The notes: a model not told the origin generated them from the letters alone. 62,716 bases of DNA from an uncultured Bordetella sp. (GCA_964616875.1 CAZTSJ010000263.1:1-62716), one strand, 5' to 3'; shown: positions 11,103 through 20,954, numbered from the stretch's first letter. Numbers and translations are program-made.

Positions 11103-11750
11103 ATGGCGCGCGGCCCGATCGATCTCCCCAAACGGCTCGCTGCCTACGTCATCGCCACCGGCGTGCGCGAGACAGCGGTGCAAAGGCGCCTGCGCGCGGT
11201 GACGCGCAGGATTCCCATGGGCACGATGCAGATCGGGCCGGAACAGGCGGCGCTCATGCAGATTCTGGTGCGCGCGATCGGCGCGCGGCGCTGCATCGAG
11301 ATCGGCACCTTCACGGGCTATTCGGCGCTCGCGGTGGCGCTCGCTTTGCCGCCCGGCGGCAGGATCGTTTGCTGCGATGTAAGCGAGGAATGGACTGCAA
11401 TCGCGAGAAAGTATTGGGCCTTGGCTTCTGTTTCTAAAAAAATTCAACTCAAACTGGCGCCGGCACTCGAAACCCTGAAGAAATTGAAAGGCCCCTTCGA
11501 CTTCGTCTTCATCGACGCGGACAAGACCAACTACCAGCACTACTTCGAGCGCTGCCTGAAGCTGGTGCGCCGCGGCGGCCTCATCGCCATCGACAACACG
11601 CTCTGGCACGGACGGGTGATCGATCGACGGGAACGGAGCGCCGACACGCTCGCGATCCGCGCCTTCAACACGAAGCTGCATCGCGACCGCCGCGTCGACG
11701 TCGCGCTGGTGCCGATCGGCGACGGGGTGACGTTGGCGTTGAAGCGCTAG
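11103..11750 (+). CDS. class I SAM-dependent O-methyltransferase (caffeoyl-CoA OMT-like, family 3)
   Basis: 215-aa ORF. IEIGTFTGYSALAVALAL and FDFVFIDADK motifs are typical of family-3 O-methyltransferases. Confidence 0.8.
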   Translation: MARGPIDLPKRLAAYVIATGVRETAVQRRLRAVTRRIPMGTMQIGPEQAALMQILVRAIGARRCIEIGTFTGYSALAVALALPPGGRIVCCDVSEEWTAIARKYWALASVSKKIQLKLAPALETLKKLKGPFDFVFIDADKTNYQHYFERCLKLVRRGGLIAIDNTLWHGRVIDRRERSADTLAIRAFNTKLHRDRRVDVALVPIGDGVTLALKR

Positions 11751-12175
11751 CGCGGCGGCAGATCCGGGATCAGGCGTTTGCCGAGGCTCACCGTGTCGTC
11801 GACGGTATAGCCAATCCTGCGGTAGAACTCCAGCACCGCCGTGTTGCCGGTGCGCACCTGGAGGTTCAGCTTGGGGCAGCCTATCGCTGTCAGCCGCTCT
11901 TCGACCTGCTGCATGAGGAGGCGGCCGTAGCCCTTCGCGCGGTGCTCGGGCGCGACTGCCAGGTAATTCACCCAGCCCCTGTGGCCGTCGTAGCCGGCCA
12001 TGACCGTGGCGACGATCCTGCCCCCAAGTTCGCCGACGAGGAAGAGTTCGGGCTGGGTCGTGAGCTTGCGCTGGATGTCCTTGTGCGGATCGTTCCAGGG
12101 GCGCGTGAGTTCGCAGCGCCGCCACAACTCGACGACCGCGCTTTCGTCTGCGTCAACGTAGGGACGGAGTTTCAT
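11747..12175 (-). CDS. GNAT-family N-acetyltransferase
   Basis: ORF 11747..12226 trimmed to MKLRPYVDADESAVVELW. Acetyl-CoA binding region HRAKGYGRLLMQQVE. The start is uncertain (12175 or 12226). Confidence 0.72.
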   Translation of the reverse strand: MKLRPYVDADESAVVELWRRCELTRPWNDPHKDIQRKLTTQPELFLVGELGGRIVATVMAGYDGHRGWVNYLAVAPEHRAKGYGRLLMQQVEERLTAIGCPKLNLQVRTGNTAVLEFYRRIGYTVDDTVSLGKRLIPDLPPR

Positions 12176-12797
12176 CGAATACTGGTTCGCCGAGAAACAC
12201 GAGCTTGTCGCCGTCGCGACGCGCATCTCTCCGATACACGCCGCGTTCGGTCACCACCCAGTCCACGGCAATGTCCCAGCTTTGCGGGTGAATGGTCTCG
12301 ATCTTCGCCATTTCGTAAGCCACTCCGATGACGGCCGGTTTCTTGGAAAGAGAAACTAAAGTTCTGTCAAAAAAGCCACCCCCATAACCCAGGCGGTAAC
12401 CCGCTGCATCCCAGCCGTTCATCGGCAGGAGCACCGCATCGGGCACGATTTCTTTCGAATTCACCGGGTAGGGAATATCCAGCGGCCCCAGGGCCGTCTT
12501 GACGCCGGGGTGCCATTCGCGGAAAACGAGCGGCTGCTTCGGCGCGACGACGACCGGCAGCGCGGTCAACGCGCCAAGCTCGCGCAGCGTTCTTACCAGG
12601 TGCCGTGCATCGTATTCCCCCTTGATGGGCCAGCAAAAGGCGAGCTTCGCCGCGGCAAGCCCGGGGAACGAGCGCGAGAGATGGGCGTCGATGCTGAGCC
12701 GGTAGCGCTCGAGCGTGGCTTGATCGAGCGCGCCACGCGCCGCGATCAGCCGTGTGCGCTCGGCCCTGCGCCAGAGTTTCAGTGTGTCCGCATTCAA
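12153..12797 (-). CDS. 5-formyltetrahydrofolate cyclo-ligase
   Basis: 214-aa ORF with overall MTHFS-like pattern (RRAERTRLIAAR..., GYGGGFFDR). TTG start preceded by AGGGAG. Confidence 0.8.
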   Translation of the reverse strand: MNADTLKLWRRAERTRLIAARGALDQATLERYRLSIDAHLSRSFPGLAAAKLAFCWPIKGEYDARHLVRTLRELGALTALPVVVAPKQPLVFREWHPGVKTALGPLDIPYPVNSKEIVPDAVLLPMNGWDAAGYRLGYGGGFFDRTLVSLSKKPAVIGVAYEMAKIETIHPQSWDIAVDWVVTERGVYRRDARRDGDKLVFLGEPVFDETPSLR

Positions 12798-12830
12798 GCA
12801 GCTTGCTCCCTGCAGTGCTAAGCTTAGTCC

Positions 12831-14789
12831 ATGATTTTTAGGCGTTTCCTCACTATATCAGGCCTGCTTGTTGCCTTGGCGCCCTGGGCTGGCGCGGGGA
12901 ACGCCGCGCCCAAAGTTGCGCCGGCGGACGAAGCGCTGCTGAAGGCCTACGACGCGTTTCGCGCCGGCGATGCGCTCAAGCTCTCGAAGGCGTCGCTGCC
13001 GCTCAGCCGCCATGTGCTCGCGCCGTACCTGGATTACTGGCGCCTGAAATTGCGCCTCGAAGACAAACCCGATGCGGAGGTGCGCACGTTCCTGCTGCGC
13101 GAAGCGGGCAGTTACGTCGCCGATCGCCTGCGCGCGGACTGGCTGAAGGAGCTCGGCAAGCGCGCCGACTGGCAGAGCTTCGACCAGGAGCTGCCGCTGC
13201 TTGCACAGGACGAACTGGAACTGCGCTGCTATGCCTGGCTCTCGCGCCTCGCGCGCGGCGACGAAGGCGCCTTCGACGAGGCAAAGCCGATCTGGCTCGA
13301 GCCGCGCGAACTGCCCGAAGGTTGCAACACGCTGGTCGACCGCATGCTCGATGCGCGGCGCCTCAGCGTGGACGACGTCTGGCGCCGGGTGCGGGTGCTG
13401 TTCGAGAACAGCCAGGTGAGCGCGGCGCGGCGCACGCTTGCCTTCCTGCCCGAGGGCGAAAAGCACGACGAGCGCCAGCTCAACCAGGCTGTCACCGCGC
13501 CGAAGAACTTTCTCGCCGCTGCGCCACGCAGCCTGCAGCGGCGCGCGACGCGCGAGATGGCGGTGCTGGCCGTGCTGCGGCTCGGACGCAACGATCCCGA
13601 GGCGGCGGCGGAGCTGCTGCGCGGCAAGCTCGGCGAGCGCCTTGGGGCGCAGGACGTGAAGTACCTCTGGGGCCGGCTCGCCTACGAAGGCGCGCGCCGG
13701 CACGCGCCGGAGGCGCACCGGTGGTATGGCCTGGCTGACGAAGCGGAACTCAACGACGAGCAGCTGGCGTGGAAGGCGCGCACCGCGCTGCGCGCCGCGG
13801 ACTGGCAGGTGGTGCGCGACGCGGTGGACCGCATGTCGGTGAGCGCGCGCCAGGATCCGGCCTGGACCTACTGGTACGGTCGCGCGCTCGGCACGCAGGG
13901 GCGCGACGACGGCGCGCGCGCCTACTTCCTGCGCATTTCCGGACAGCCGAACTTCTACGGCCTGCTCGCCGCCGAGGAACTCGGCGCCATGGCCGGCATT
14001 CCGGAACCTTTCCATGTCGCGAGCGAGGCGGACGTCGCCGCCGCCGGCGCGATTGCCGGGCTCGCGCGCGCGCTCGAGTTGTACCGCCTCGAGCTGCGCA
14101 CCGAGGCGACGCGAGAATGGATCTTCACGATACGCGGCATGGACGACACGCAGCTGCTTGGCGCGGCGGAGCTTGCGCGCCGCGCCGGAATCTTCGATCG
14201 CGCGATCAACACCGCCGAGCGGACCCTAAGCGCGCACAACTACAAGCTGCGCTTCCTCGCGCCCTTCAAGGACGTGTTCGAAGAGCACTCGCGCATTTCG
14301 GGCCTCGAGGAAGCCTGGGTGCTCGGGCTGGTGCGCCAGGAGAGCCGTTTCATCGTCAACGCCAAATCCTCGGTCGGTGCGAGCGGCCTCATGCAGCTGA
14401 TGCCCGCGACCGCGCGCTGGGTCGCGAAACGCAACGGCGTGAAGAACTACTCGCCGGCGCGCGTTACCGAGGTGCCGGTCAATGTGGCACTGGGCACGGG
14501 CTACCTCAAACACGTGCTTGATGACCTGGGCCACCCGGTGCTCGCTTCGGCCGCCTACAACGCCGGCCCGGGACGCGCGCGGCGCTGGCGCGCCGAGCAG
14601 CCGCTGGAAGGCGCGATTTACGCCGAGACCATCCCGTTCAACGAAACGCGCGACTACGTGAAGAAGGTGATGGCGAACACCATGTACTACGCGCAGTTGT
14701 TCGGCGGTAAGCTTGTGCCGCTCAAGGACCGGCTGGGGCGCATCCCGGCAAAGACGTCCAGCGAGCGTTTCAACGAGGAATTGCCTTGA
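12831..14789 (+). CDS. slt: soluble lytic murein transglycosylase (Slt70-like)
   Basis: 652-aa ORF with signal peptide and superhelical N-terminal region. C-terminal lysozyme-like domain with GLVRQESRF, GLMQLMP and AYNAGPG motifs. Confidence 0.9.
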   Translation: MIFRRFLTISGLLVALAPWAGAGNAAPKVAPADEALLKAYDAFRAGDALKLSKASLPLSRHVLAPYLDYWRLKLRLEDKPDAEVRTFLLREAGSYVADRLRADWLKELGKRADWQSFDQELPLLAQDELELRCYAWLSRLARGDEGAFDEAKPIWLEPRELPEGCNTLVDRMLDARRLSVDDVWRRVRVLFENSQVSAARRTLAFLPEGEKHDERQLNQAVTAPKNFLAAAPRSLQRRATREMAVLAVLRLGRNDPEAAAELLRGKLGERLGAQDVKYLWGRLAYEGARRHAPEAHRWYGLADEAELNDEQLAWKARTALRAADWQVVRDAVDRMSVSARQDPAWTYWYGRALGTQGRDDGARAYFLRISGQPNFYGLLAAEELGAMAGIPEPFHVASEADVAAAGAIAGLARALELYRLELRTEATREWIFTIRGMDDTQLLGAAELARRAGIFDRAINTAERTLSAHNYKLRFLAPFKDVFEEHSRISGLEEAWVLGLVRQESRFIVNAKSSVGASGLMQLMPATARWVAKRNGVKNYSPARVTEVPVNVALGTGYLKHVLDDLGHPVLASAAYNAGPGRARRWRAEQPLEGAIYAETIPFNETRDYVKKVMANTMYYAQLFGGKLVPLKDRLGRIPAKTSSERFNEELP

Positions 14790-15715
14790 AGCACGAAAAC
14801 TTTCTCGTCATCGGCGGTGCCGGCTTCGTCGGCCGGCACCTGGTCGCCGCGCTCGCTGCGCGTGGCGCGCGCGTCACGGTCCCGACCCGGCGTCGCGAGC
14901 GCGCCAAGCACCTCATCCTGCTCCCCACGGTGGACGTGGTGGAAGTCGAACGGCTCGATGCGCGCGTGCTCGCGCAACTCGCCGCCGGCCGCGACGCGGT
15001 GGTGAATCTCGCGGGAATATTGCACAGCCCGGATTTCAAGCTTGCGCATGTCGAGTTGGCGCAGTCGGTCGTCAACGCCTGCCGCCAGGCCGGCGCCAGA
15101 CGTTTGCTGCATATGAGCGCGCTCGGGGCTGATCCCGCCGCGCCGTCCGAATACCTGCGCTCCAAGGGCATCGGCGAGCGCGCGGCGCTTGCGGCCGACG
15201 ACCTGGCGGTGACCGTATTCCGCCCGTCGGTGATATTCGGTCCCGAGGATCGTTTCTTGAACTTGCTCGCGCGGCTCGCGGCCCTGCTGCCTGCGCTTGT
15301 GCTGGGTTCGCCCGACGCGCGTTTCCAGCCGGTCTACGTCGGGGACGTGGTGCGCGCGTTCCTCGCCGCGCTGGACAGCGACGACACGGCCGGCAAGCGC
15401 TACGATTTATGTGGGCCGAAGGAATACACGTTGCGGCAGCTGATCGAGCTGGTCTGCTCGATTACCGGCCGCCGGCGACTGGTGATCGGCCTGCCCGATG
15501 GCCTGTCCTACCTGCAGGCCTGGGCGATGGAACTGCTGCCCGTGAAACTGCTGACGCGCGACAACTACCACTCAATGCAAGTGCCGAGCGTGTGTGACTG
15601 TGCGCTTCCTTTCGGCATCCAGCCCGTGCTGCTCGAAGCCGCGGCGCCGTCCTGGCTTGCGCCCGCGGGCCCACGCGAACGCTATCCACAATTGCGCTGG
15701 AAGGCGAAGCGCTAG
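14786..15715 (+). CDS. NAD(P)H-binding NDUFA9-like / NAD-dependent epimerase family protein
   Basis: 309-aa ORF with Rossmann motif VIGGAGFVGRHL. TTG start in a TTGA overlap with the slt stop. Confidence 0.75.
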   Translation: MKHENFLVIGGAGFVGRHLVAALAARGARVTVPTRRRERAKHLILLPTVDVVEVERLDARVLAQLAAGRDAVVNLAGILHSPDFKLAHVELAQSVVNACRQAGARRLLHMSALGADPAAPSEYLRSKGIGERAALAADDLAVTVFRPSVIFGPEDRFLNLLARLAALLPALVLGSPDARFQPVYVGDVVRAFLAALDSDDTAGKRYDLCGPKEYTLRQLIELVCSITGRRRLVIGLPDGLSYLQAWAMELLPVKLLTRDNYHSMQVPSVCDCALPFGIQPVLLEAAAPSWLAPAGPRERYPQLRWKAKR

Positions 15716-16629
15716 GCGGCGGGTTTGTACGGATGATGCTTGAGCCAGTGGCGCGCGATGTCGATGCGTGTGGCGGTCCAGACCTGCGGTTTATTCGAGA
15801 CGTACTTCAGGAATTTCTCCAACGATGCGATGCGGCCCGGCCGGCCGGCCAGGCGGCAGTGCAGCCCGACGGACATCATGCGCGGCGTGCGCGCGCCTTC
15901 GGCGTACAGCGTGTCGAATGAATCTTTCAGATACTGGAAAAACTGTTCGCCGGAATTGAATCCCTGCGGCGTGGCGAAGCGCATGTCGTTGGCGTCCAGC
16001 GTGTAGGGCACGACCAGCTGCGGCCTGCCATGGCGCCGGTCGTACCAGGGCAGGTCGTCCGAGTAGTCGTCGGCGTCGTAGACAAAGCCCCCGTCCTCCA
16101 CCACGAGCTGCCGCGTATTGGGGCTGGCGCGCCCGGCGTACCAGCCCAGCGGCCGCTCGCCGGTGAGCCGCCGGTGGATCTCGATCGCGCGCCGCATGTG
16201 CTCGCGTTCCTCGTCGATCGGCACGTGCTGGTAATTGATCCAGCGCCAGCCGTGGCTCGCGATTTCGTGGCCGGCCTTGAGGAAGGCCTCGACCGCGACC
16301 GGGTTGCGCTCCATGGCCATCGCTACGCCGTAAACCGTGAGCGGCAGGTCGTAGCGCCTGAACAGGTTCAGGACGCGCCAGACGCCGACCCGCGCGCCGT
16401 ACTCGTAGAGCGATTCCATCGACATGTGGCGCGCGCCCTCGACCGGCTGCGCGCCGACGATCTCGGAGAGGAAGGCTTCGGATGCCCGGTCGCCGTGCAG
16501 CACCGAATTTTCGCCGCCTTCCTCGTAGTTGAGCACGAACTGCAGCGCAATGCGCGCCTTGCGTGGCCACCCTGCCTGCGGCGGTTTCGCGCCGTAGCCG
16601 ACCAAGTCCCTGGGATAGGTCTTGATCAT
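15712..16629 (-). CDS. puuE: allantoinase PuuE (polysaccharide-deacetylase fold)
   Basis: ORF 15712..16956 trimmed to MIKTYPRDLVGYG...ALQFVLNYEEGGENSVLHGD, the characteristic PuuE N-terminus. ATGA overlap with the upstream M20 gene. Confidence 0.85.
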   Translation of the reverse strand: MIKTYPRDLVGYGAKPPQAGWPRKARIALQFVLNYEEGGENSVLHGDRASEAFLSEIVGAQPVEGARHMSMESLYEYGARVGVWRVLNLFRRYDLPLTVYGVAMAMERNPVAVEAFLKAGHEIASHGWRWINYQHVPIDEEREHMRRAIEIHRRLTGERPLGWYAGRASPNTRQLVVEDGGFVYDADDYSDDLPWYDRRHGRPQLVVPYTLDANDMRFATPQGFNSGEQFFQYLKDSFDTLYAEGARTPRMMSVGLHCRLAGRPGRIASLEKFLKYVSNKPQVWTATRIDIARHWLKHHPYKPAA

Positions 16630-17873
16630 TTTTTTTCTGAAAGAAAATCCAGAAGGGTAAGAGCAACCACCTCGGTCGCCTTGTAGAGATCGTCCAGTTT
16701 CAGGTTCTCGTCGGCCATGTGGCCGTTCGCCTCTTCGAGCGTCCTCGGTCCGGCGCCGTAGAGCACCGTGGGGATGCCGGCAGCGCTGTAGTGTCGCGCA
16801 TCGGTGTAGAGCGGCACGCCACTGGCATCGATTCTCTCGCCGAGAATCCTCCCGGCATGCCTGCGAATCGCGCCAACCAGTTTTTCCTGCCCGGAGAGCG
16901 GCGTGAAGGGCTTTGCCAGCAATATTCGCTTCACCTGGAGGCGGATGCCCGGCCACTTCGCAGCGAGTTCGTGGAGCTGCGCGATCAGCGCGCGCTCCGC
17001 CTCCGCCGGGTCCTCTTCGGGCACGATGCGCCGGTCAAGGCGAAAGCTCACGCGGTCGGGAACGACGTTGGTGTTGATGCCGCCCGACACCAGGCCGATC
17101 ACCAACGTCGGGTGCGCGATGCCGGGCGTGGCGGAGCGCTTCGCGGTGAAGGATTTCCTGAACGCATAGAGCCCGGCCATGATCGCGGTAGCGGCCTCCA
17201 GCGCGTCGACGCCGGTTTCCGGGCGAGCGGCATGTCCCGAGCGCCCGAGGACTTCCACGTCGAGGTGCAGGCAACCATTGTGCGCGATTGTGATGCCATG
17301 CGCGAATCCGGCGCTGATTGCGAAGTCGGGCCTGCTCAAGCGTTGCGCAAGCAGCCAGGCGGGGCCGACTTCGCCGCCGGTTTCCTCGTCATAGGTGAAG
17401 TGCAGCTCGACGCTTCCCCGCAGTACGCTGGACGTATTTTTCAGTGAAAGAAGGGCAAAAGCGTAGGTCGCGAAGTCCGACTTCGACACCGCCGCGCCGC
17501 GGCCGTACATCGCGCCGCCGCGGATTTCGGCGCCGGAGGGATCGGCGCTCCAGCCCAGGCCTGGCGGCACTACGTCGCCATGGGCGTTGAGCGCCACCAC
17601 GGGTCCGCCTTCGCCGAAGCGCTCGCGCACGATCAGGTTGGTGCAGGAAACCATGCCGGCTGCCCGTACCGCGGCATCCGGCACCGGATGCTTCTCGACC
17701 TCGAATCCGAGTTCCGCCAGCAGAGCGGCTGCGCGTTCAGCATGAGGCCGGCAGTCGCCGGGAGGATTGTCGGAGGGAACCCTGACCAGTTCGGCGAGGA
17801 ACCGCGTCTGCGCCCCGCGACTGAGTGCAAGAAACTCGTGGATCGTGCTTTCGGCATCCGCGTTCACGTTCAT
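16626..17873 (-). CDS. M20-family metallohydrolase (ArgE/DapE-like deacylase)
   Basis: 415-aa ORF with overall ArgE/DapE/M20 pattern (VPSDNPPGD..., NAHGDVVPPG). Translationally coupled on both sides (ATGA overlaps) within the ureide operon. Confidence 0.78.
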   Translation of the reverse strand: MNVNADAESTIHEFLALSRGAQTRFLAELVRVPSDNPPGDCRPHAERAAALLAELGFEVEKHPVPDAAVRAAGMVSCTNLIVRERFGEGGPVVALNAHGDVVPPGLGWSADPSGAEIRGGAMYGRGAAVSKSDFATYAFALLSLKNTSSVLRGSVELHFTYDEETGGEVGPAWLLAQRLSRPDFAISAGFAHGITIAHNGCLHLDVEVLGRSGHAARPETGVDALEAATAIMAGLYAFRKSFTAKRSATPGIAHPTLVIGLVSGGINTNVVPDRVSFRLDRRIVPEEDPAEAERALIAQLHELAAKWPGIRLQVKRILLAKPFTPLSGQEKLVGAIRRHAGRILGERIDASGVPLYTDARHYSAAGIPTVLYGAGPRTLEEANGHMADENLKLDDLYKATEVVALTLLDFLSEKK

Positions 17874-19099
17874 CTTGCAATTGGCCTGAAGTTCTCGACA
17901 AAGCGTAACAACACGCGCGCTCCGGTTTCCGCATCTTCGGCGGTGATTGCTTCGGCAGGATTATGACTGATGCCTTTTTTGCAGCGCACGAAAAGCATGC
18001 CGACGTCGCACAGCTCGATCATCGCCATGCCGTCGTGGCCGGCGCCGCTTGGCAGCATTCGCAACGCGATCCCCTCGGCCGCGATCGCGGCGCCGATCTG
18101 CTCCATGAGCCACGGCGCACAGGCCGCGACCCCGCCCTCGTGGATCTTGGTGGCTTTGATCGTCACGCTGCGACGCTGTCCGATTGCCTGCATCTCGGCC
18201 ACGACCTCGGTCACTGCAGCAAGGCGCTCGGGGTCCCGCGGCGCACGCACGTCGATCGTAAAACACACCTTGCCCGGGATCACGTTGACCGCCCCGGGCA
18301 GCGTTTCCAGTTTGCCAACGGTGCCGACGAGATCGGCAACGCTGCTGCATCGCCGCTCGATCGCAAGCACGCATTCGGCCGCCGCCGCGAGCGCGTCCCG
18401 CCGCAGGCTCATCGGCACCGTGCCGGCGTGGCCCGCGAATCCTTCGACCTCGACCGCGAGCCGGGTCGCGCCGTTGATCGCGGTCACCACGCCCACCGGC
18501 AGCCCCCCGGCCTCGAGCACGGGCCCCTGCTCGATGTGCAGCTCGGCGTAGGCGAGCACGTCCTCGCGACGGTGCGCCGCTTGCGCGATCTGCTCCGGGT
18601 CGAGCCCCGCCTCACGCATCGCGGCGCGCATGCTGATCCCGTTCGCGTCTACGCTGTCGAGCACCTCCCGCTTGAACGTTCCGGCGACGGCGCGGCTGCC
18701 GAGCAGGGTCGAGCCGAAGCGTACGCCCTCCTCGTCCGCGAACCCGATCACCTCGATGGCGAACGACAGGCGCTTGCCGCGCGCGGCGAGGTCCGCGACG
18801 CACTCGATCGCGCTCACCACACCGAGCATGCCGTCGTACTTGCCCGCATCTCGCACCGTGTCGAGGTGCGAGCCGAGAATCAGGCACGGCAAGCCCGGTT
18901 GCGCGCCCTCGAAGCAACCGACGACGTTGCCGATCGCGTCAAGCTTCGCGCTCATGCCCGCCTCGCGCATCCAGCCGAGCACGAGCTCATTTGCCGCAGC
19001 CTGCTCACGCGACAGGAATACGCGCGTCAGCCCGCCGGGAAGTTCCGAATGGCGGGCGAGCTCATCGCAACGCTCCATGATTCTGCGCGGATCGGGCAT
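17870..19099 (-). CDS. allC: allantoate amidohydrolase / N-carbamoyl-L-amino-acid hydrolase family (M20)
   Basis: ORF with LILGSHLDTVRDAGKYDGMLGVVSAIE, typical of the AllC/AmaB clade. Start taken as the ATG at 19099 (alternative 19126). Confidence 0.8.
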   Translation of the reverse strand: MPDPRRIMERCDELARHSELPGGLTRVFLSREQAAANELVLGWMREAGMSAKLDAIGNVVGCFEGAQPGLPCLILGSHLDTVRDAGKYDGMLGVVSAIECVADLAARGKRLSFAIEVIGFADEEGVRFGSTLLGSRAVAGTFKREVLDSVDANGISMRAAMREAGLDPEQIAQAAHRREDVLAYAELHIEQGPVLEAGGLPVGVVTAINGATRLAVEVEGFAGHAGTVPMSLRRDALAAAAECVLAIERRCSSVADLVGTVGKLETLPGAVNVIPGKVCFTIDVRAPRDPERLAAVTEVVAEMQAIGQRRSVTIKATKIHEGGVAACAPWLMEQIGAAIAAEGIALRMLPSGAGHDGMAMIELCDVGMLFVRCKKGISHNPAEAITAEDAETGARVLLRFVENFRPIAR

Positions 19100-19124
19100 G
19101 CGGCAAGAATATACTAGCCAGCGC

Positions 19125-19637
19125 ATGAATCTGCCTCAGGTCAACGCCCTCACGCTCACGCAATTCGTGGCACGCTTTGGCGGCGTGTTCGAGCATTCGC
19201 CGTGGGTGGCCGAGCGCGCCTGGAAGAGTCGGCCCTTCGATTCGGTCGACCGCCTGCACGAGTCGATGCTGCGCGCGGTGGGCGAGGCCAGCGGCGAGGA
19301 GCAGCTCGCGATGATGCGCGCGCATCCGGAACTTGCCGGCCGCGAAGCGGCGAAGGGCGCGCTTACGGCGGAATCCTCGACCGAGCAGGGACGTCTGGGG
19401 TTCCTTGATCTCGACCGCAGCCATGTCGAGCGGATGGCCGAACTGAACCGCCGCTACCAGCAGAGGTTCGGTTTTCCGTGCATCGTGGCGCTCAAGCTGC
19501 ATGCGAGCCGCGAGAGCGTGATGGCCGATATGCAGCGGCGGCTCGGCAATACGCTACAAGCCGAAATGGCGACTGCACTGGAGCAGATCGGCCATATCGC
19601 GCGCGGCCGGCTCGATAAAATCGTGGAGGAGAAATAG
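19125..19637 (+). CDS. uraD: 2-oxo-4-hydroxy-4-carboxy-5-ureidoimidazoline (OHCU) decarboxylase
   Basis: C-terminal 170 aa of ORF 18630..19637, from MNLPQVNALTLTQFVARFGGVFEHSPWVAERAW. RAHPELAG and FPCIVA motifs are typical of UraD. Confidence 0.85.
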   Translation: MNLPQVNALTLTQFVARFGGVFEHSPWVAERAWKSRPFDSVDRLHESMLRAVGEASGEEQLAMMRAHPELAGREAAKGALTAESSTEQGRLGFLDLDRSHVERMAELNRRYQQRFGFPCIVALKLHASRESVMADMQRRLGNTLQAEMATALEQIGHIARGRLDKIVEEK

Positions 19638-19638
19638 G

Positions 19639-19992
19639 ATGGGCAAACTCACTACTCATGTGCTGGATACCGCCGGCGGCGGGCCGGCCGCGGGCATGGC
19701 GGTAGAGCTGTCGGTTCTGGAGGGCCCGGGCTGGAAGAAGCTGAAAAGCCTCCGCACCAATGCCGATGGACGCACCGATGCGCCGTTGCTGGAGGGCGCG
19801 ACGCTCAAAAAGGGACAGTACCGCCTGGTGTTCGACGTCGCGGCCTACTACCAGGGGCAGGGTACGACGCTGCCCGATCCGCCGTTTCTCGATCGCGTGC
19901 CGCTGCGCTTCGGCATCGCCGACCCTTCGCTGCATTATCATGTACCGCTGCTTTGTTCACCGTGGGGCTACACCACTTACCGGGGGAGTTGA
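19639..19992 (+). CDS. uraH: 5-hydroxyisourate hydrolase (transthyretin-like protein)
   Basis: 117-aa ORF with LTTHVLD, TNADGR and HYHVPLL motifs and the canonical C-terminal YRGS. Confidence 0.92.
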   Translation: MGKLTTHVLDTAGGGPAAGMAVELSVLEGPGWKKLKSLRTNADGRTDAPLLEGATLKKGQYRLVFDVAAYYQGQGTTLPDPPFLDRVPLRFGIADPSLHYHVPLLCSPWGYTTYRGS

Positions 19993-19993
19993 T

Positions 19994-20953
19994 ATGACGA
20001 TGCGTTTTCTACTTTCGATACTTCTGCTTGCCGCTGGAACTGCCTCGGCGCAGACCTGGCCGACCAAGCCCGTCTCCGTCGTCGTCACCTTCTCGCCGGG
20101 CGGCTCCTCCGACATCGTTGCACGGCTGATCTCCGCGCCGCTCCAGGCGGAACTCGGCCAGCCGATTCTGGTGGACAATCGGCCGGGCGCGGGCGGCACC
20201 ATCGGCGCGGCGGTCGTCGCCAAGGCGGCGCCCGACGGCTACACGCTGCTGCTCTCGAACAGTGCGCCAATCAGCATCTCGCCCTTCATGCTTACGACTC
20301 CCAGCTATGACCCGGTGAGCGGTTTCTCGCACGTGTCGTACATCGGTTCGGTGGCGAATGTATTCGTCGTGCACCCCTCGGTGCTGGCGAAGAACATGGC
20401 CGAGCTGATTGCCTGGATCAAGGCGCAGCCCAACCCGGTCAATTACGGATCGGGCGGCATCGGTTCGATCGGTCACATCGTCGGCGAGACGTTCAAGAAC
20501 GAGCACGGCCTCAGGATGGAGCATGTCGGGTACAAGGGCTCCTCGCCGATGGCCAACGACCTGCTGGGTGGCAGGCTCAACCTGGCGATCGACACGCTGC
20601 CGCAGAACGTGCCGTTCATCAAGGACGGCAAACTGCGTGCGCTCGCCGTCACCTCGCCCACGCGCGCCGGGTTGGCGCCCGATGTGCCGAGCGTTCTTGA
20701 AGTCGGACAGAAAAAATTGGTCGCGGAAAATTTCCTTGGTGTTTCCGCTCCTGCCGGCCTGCCGCAGCCGGTCGTGCAGCGGCTGCACGCAGCGATGGCC
20801 AAGGTGCTCGCCGATCCGACGGTCATCAAGCGGCTGGGAGACCTGGGCGTTTATGGCAGGTCGATGTCGTCCGCCGAGTTCGGCGCCTTCGTGCAGAACC
20901 AGGTGAACGAATGGGCCGGGCCAGTGAAGGCCTCGGGCGCCAAGCTGAACTGA
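19994..20953 (+). CDS. Bug/TctC-family substrate-binding protein (second copy)
   Basis: ORF 19760..20953 trimmed to MTMRFLLSILLLAAGTASAQTWPTKPVSVVVTFSPGGSSDIVAR. Starts 2 nt after the uraH stop. Confidence 0.85.
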   Translation: MTMRFLLSILLLAAGTASAQTWPTKPVSVVVTFSPGGSSDIVARLISAPLQAELGQPILVDNRPGAGGTIGAAVVAKAAPDGYTLLLSNSAPISISPFMLTTPSYDPVSGFSHVSYIGSVANVFVVHPSVLAKNMAELIAWIKAQPNPVNYGSGGIGSIGHIVGETFKNEHGLRMEHVGYKGSSPMANDLLGGRLNLAIDTLPQNVPFIKDGKLRALAVTSPTRAGLAPDVPSVLEVGQKKLVAENFLGVSAPAGLPQPVVQRLHAAMAKVLADPTVIKRLGDLGVYGRSMSSAEFGAFVQNQVNEWAGPVKASGAKLN

Positions 20954-20954
20954 C

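Noticed and set aside
12798-12830. Expected 6S RNA (ssrS) upstream of the 5-formyltetrahydrofolate cyclo-ligase gene, as in E. coli (ssrS-ygfA)
   Set aside because: Only 33 bp separate the cyclo-ligase start from the divergent slt start, and the slt signal-peptide coding region begins immediately after. There is no room for an RNA of about 180 nt, so ssrS must lie elsewhere.
15712-16956. Over-long ORF predictions: 414 aa for puuE, 400 aa for gpmA (54040-55242), 491 aa for the EnvC-like gene, and 335/397/395/630-aa ORFs at 18630, 19760, 26671 and 36466
   Set aside because: The N-terminal extensions are Arg/Pro/Gly-rich, overlap upstream genes, and precede internal starts that give canonical family N-termini. 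These starts often have SD sequences or ATGA coupling. I trimmed them accordingly.
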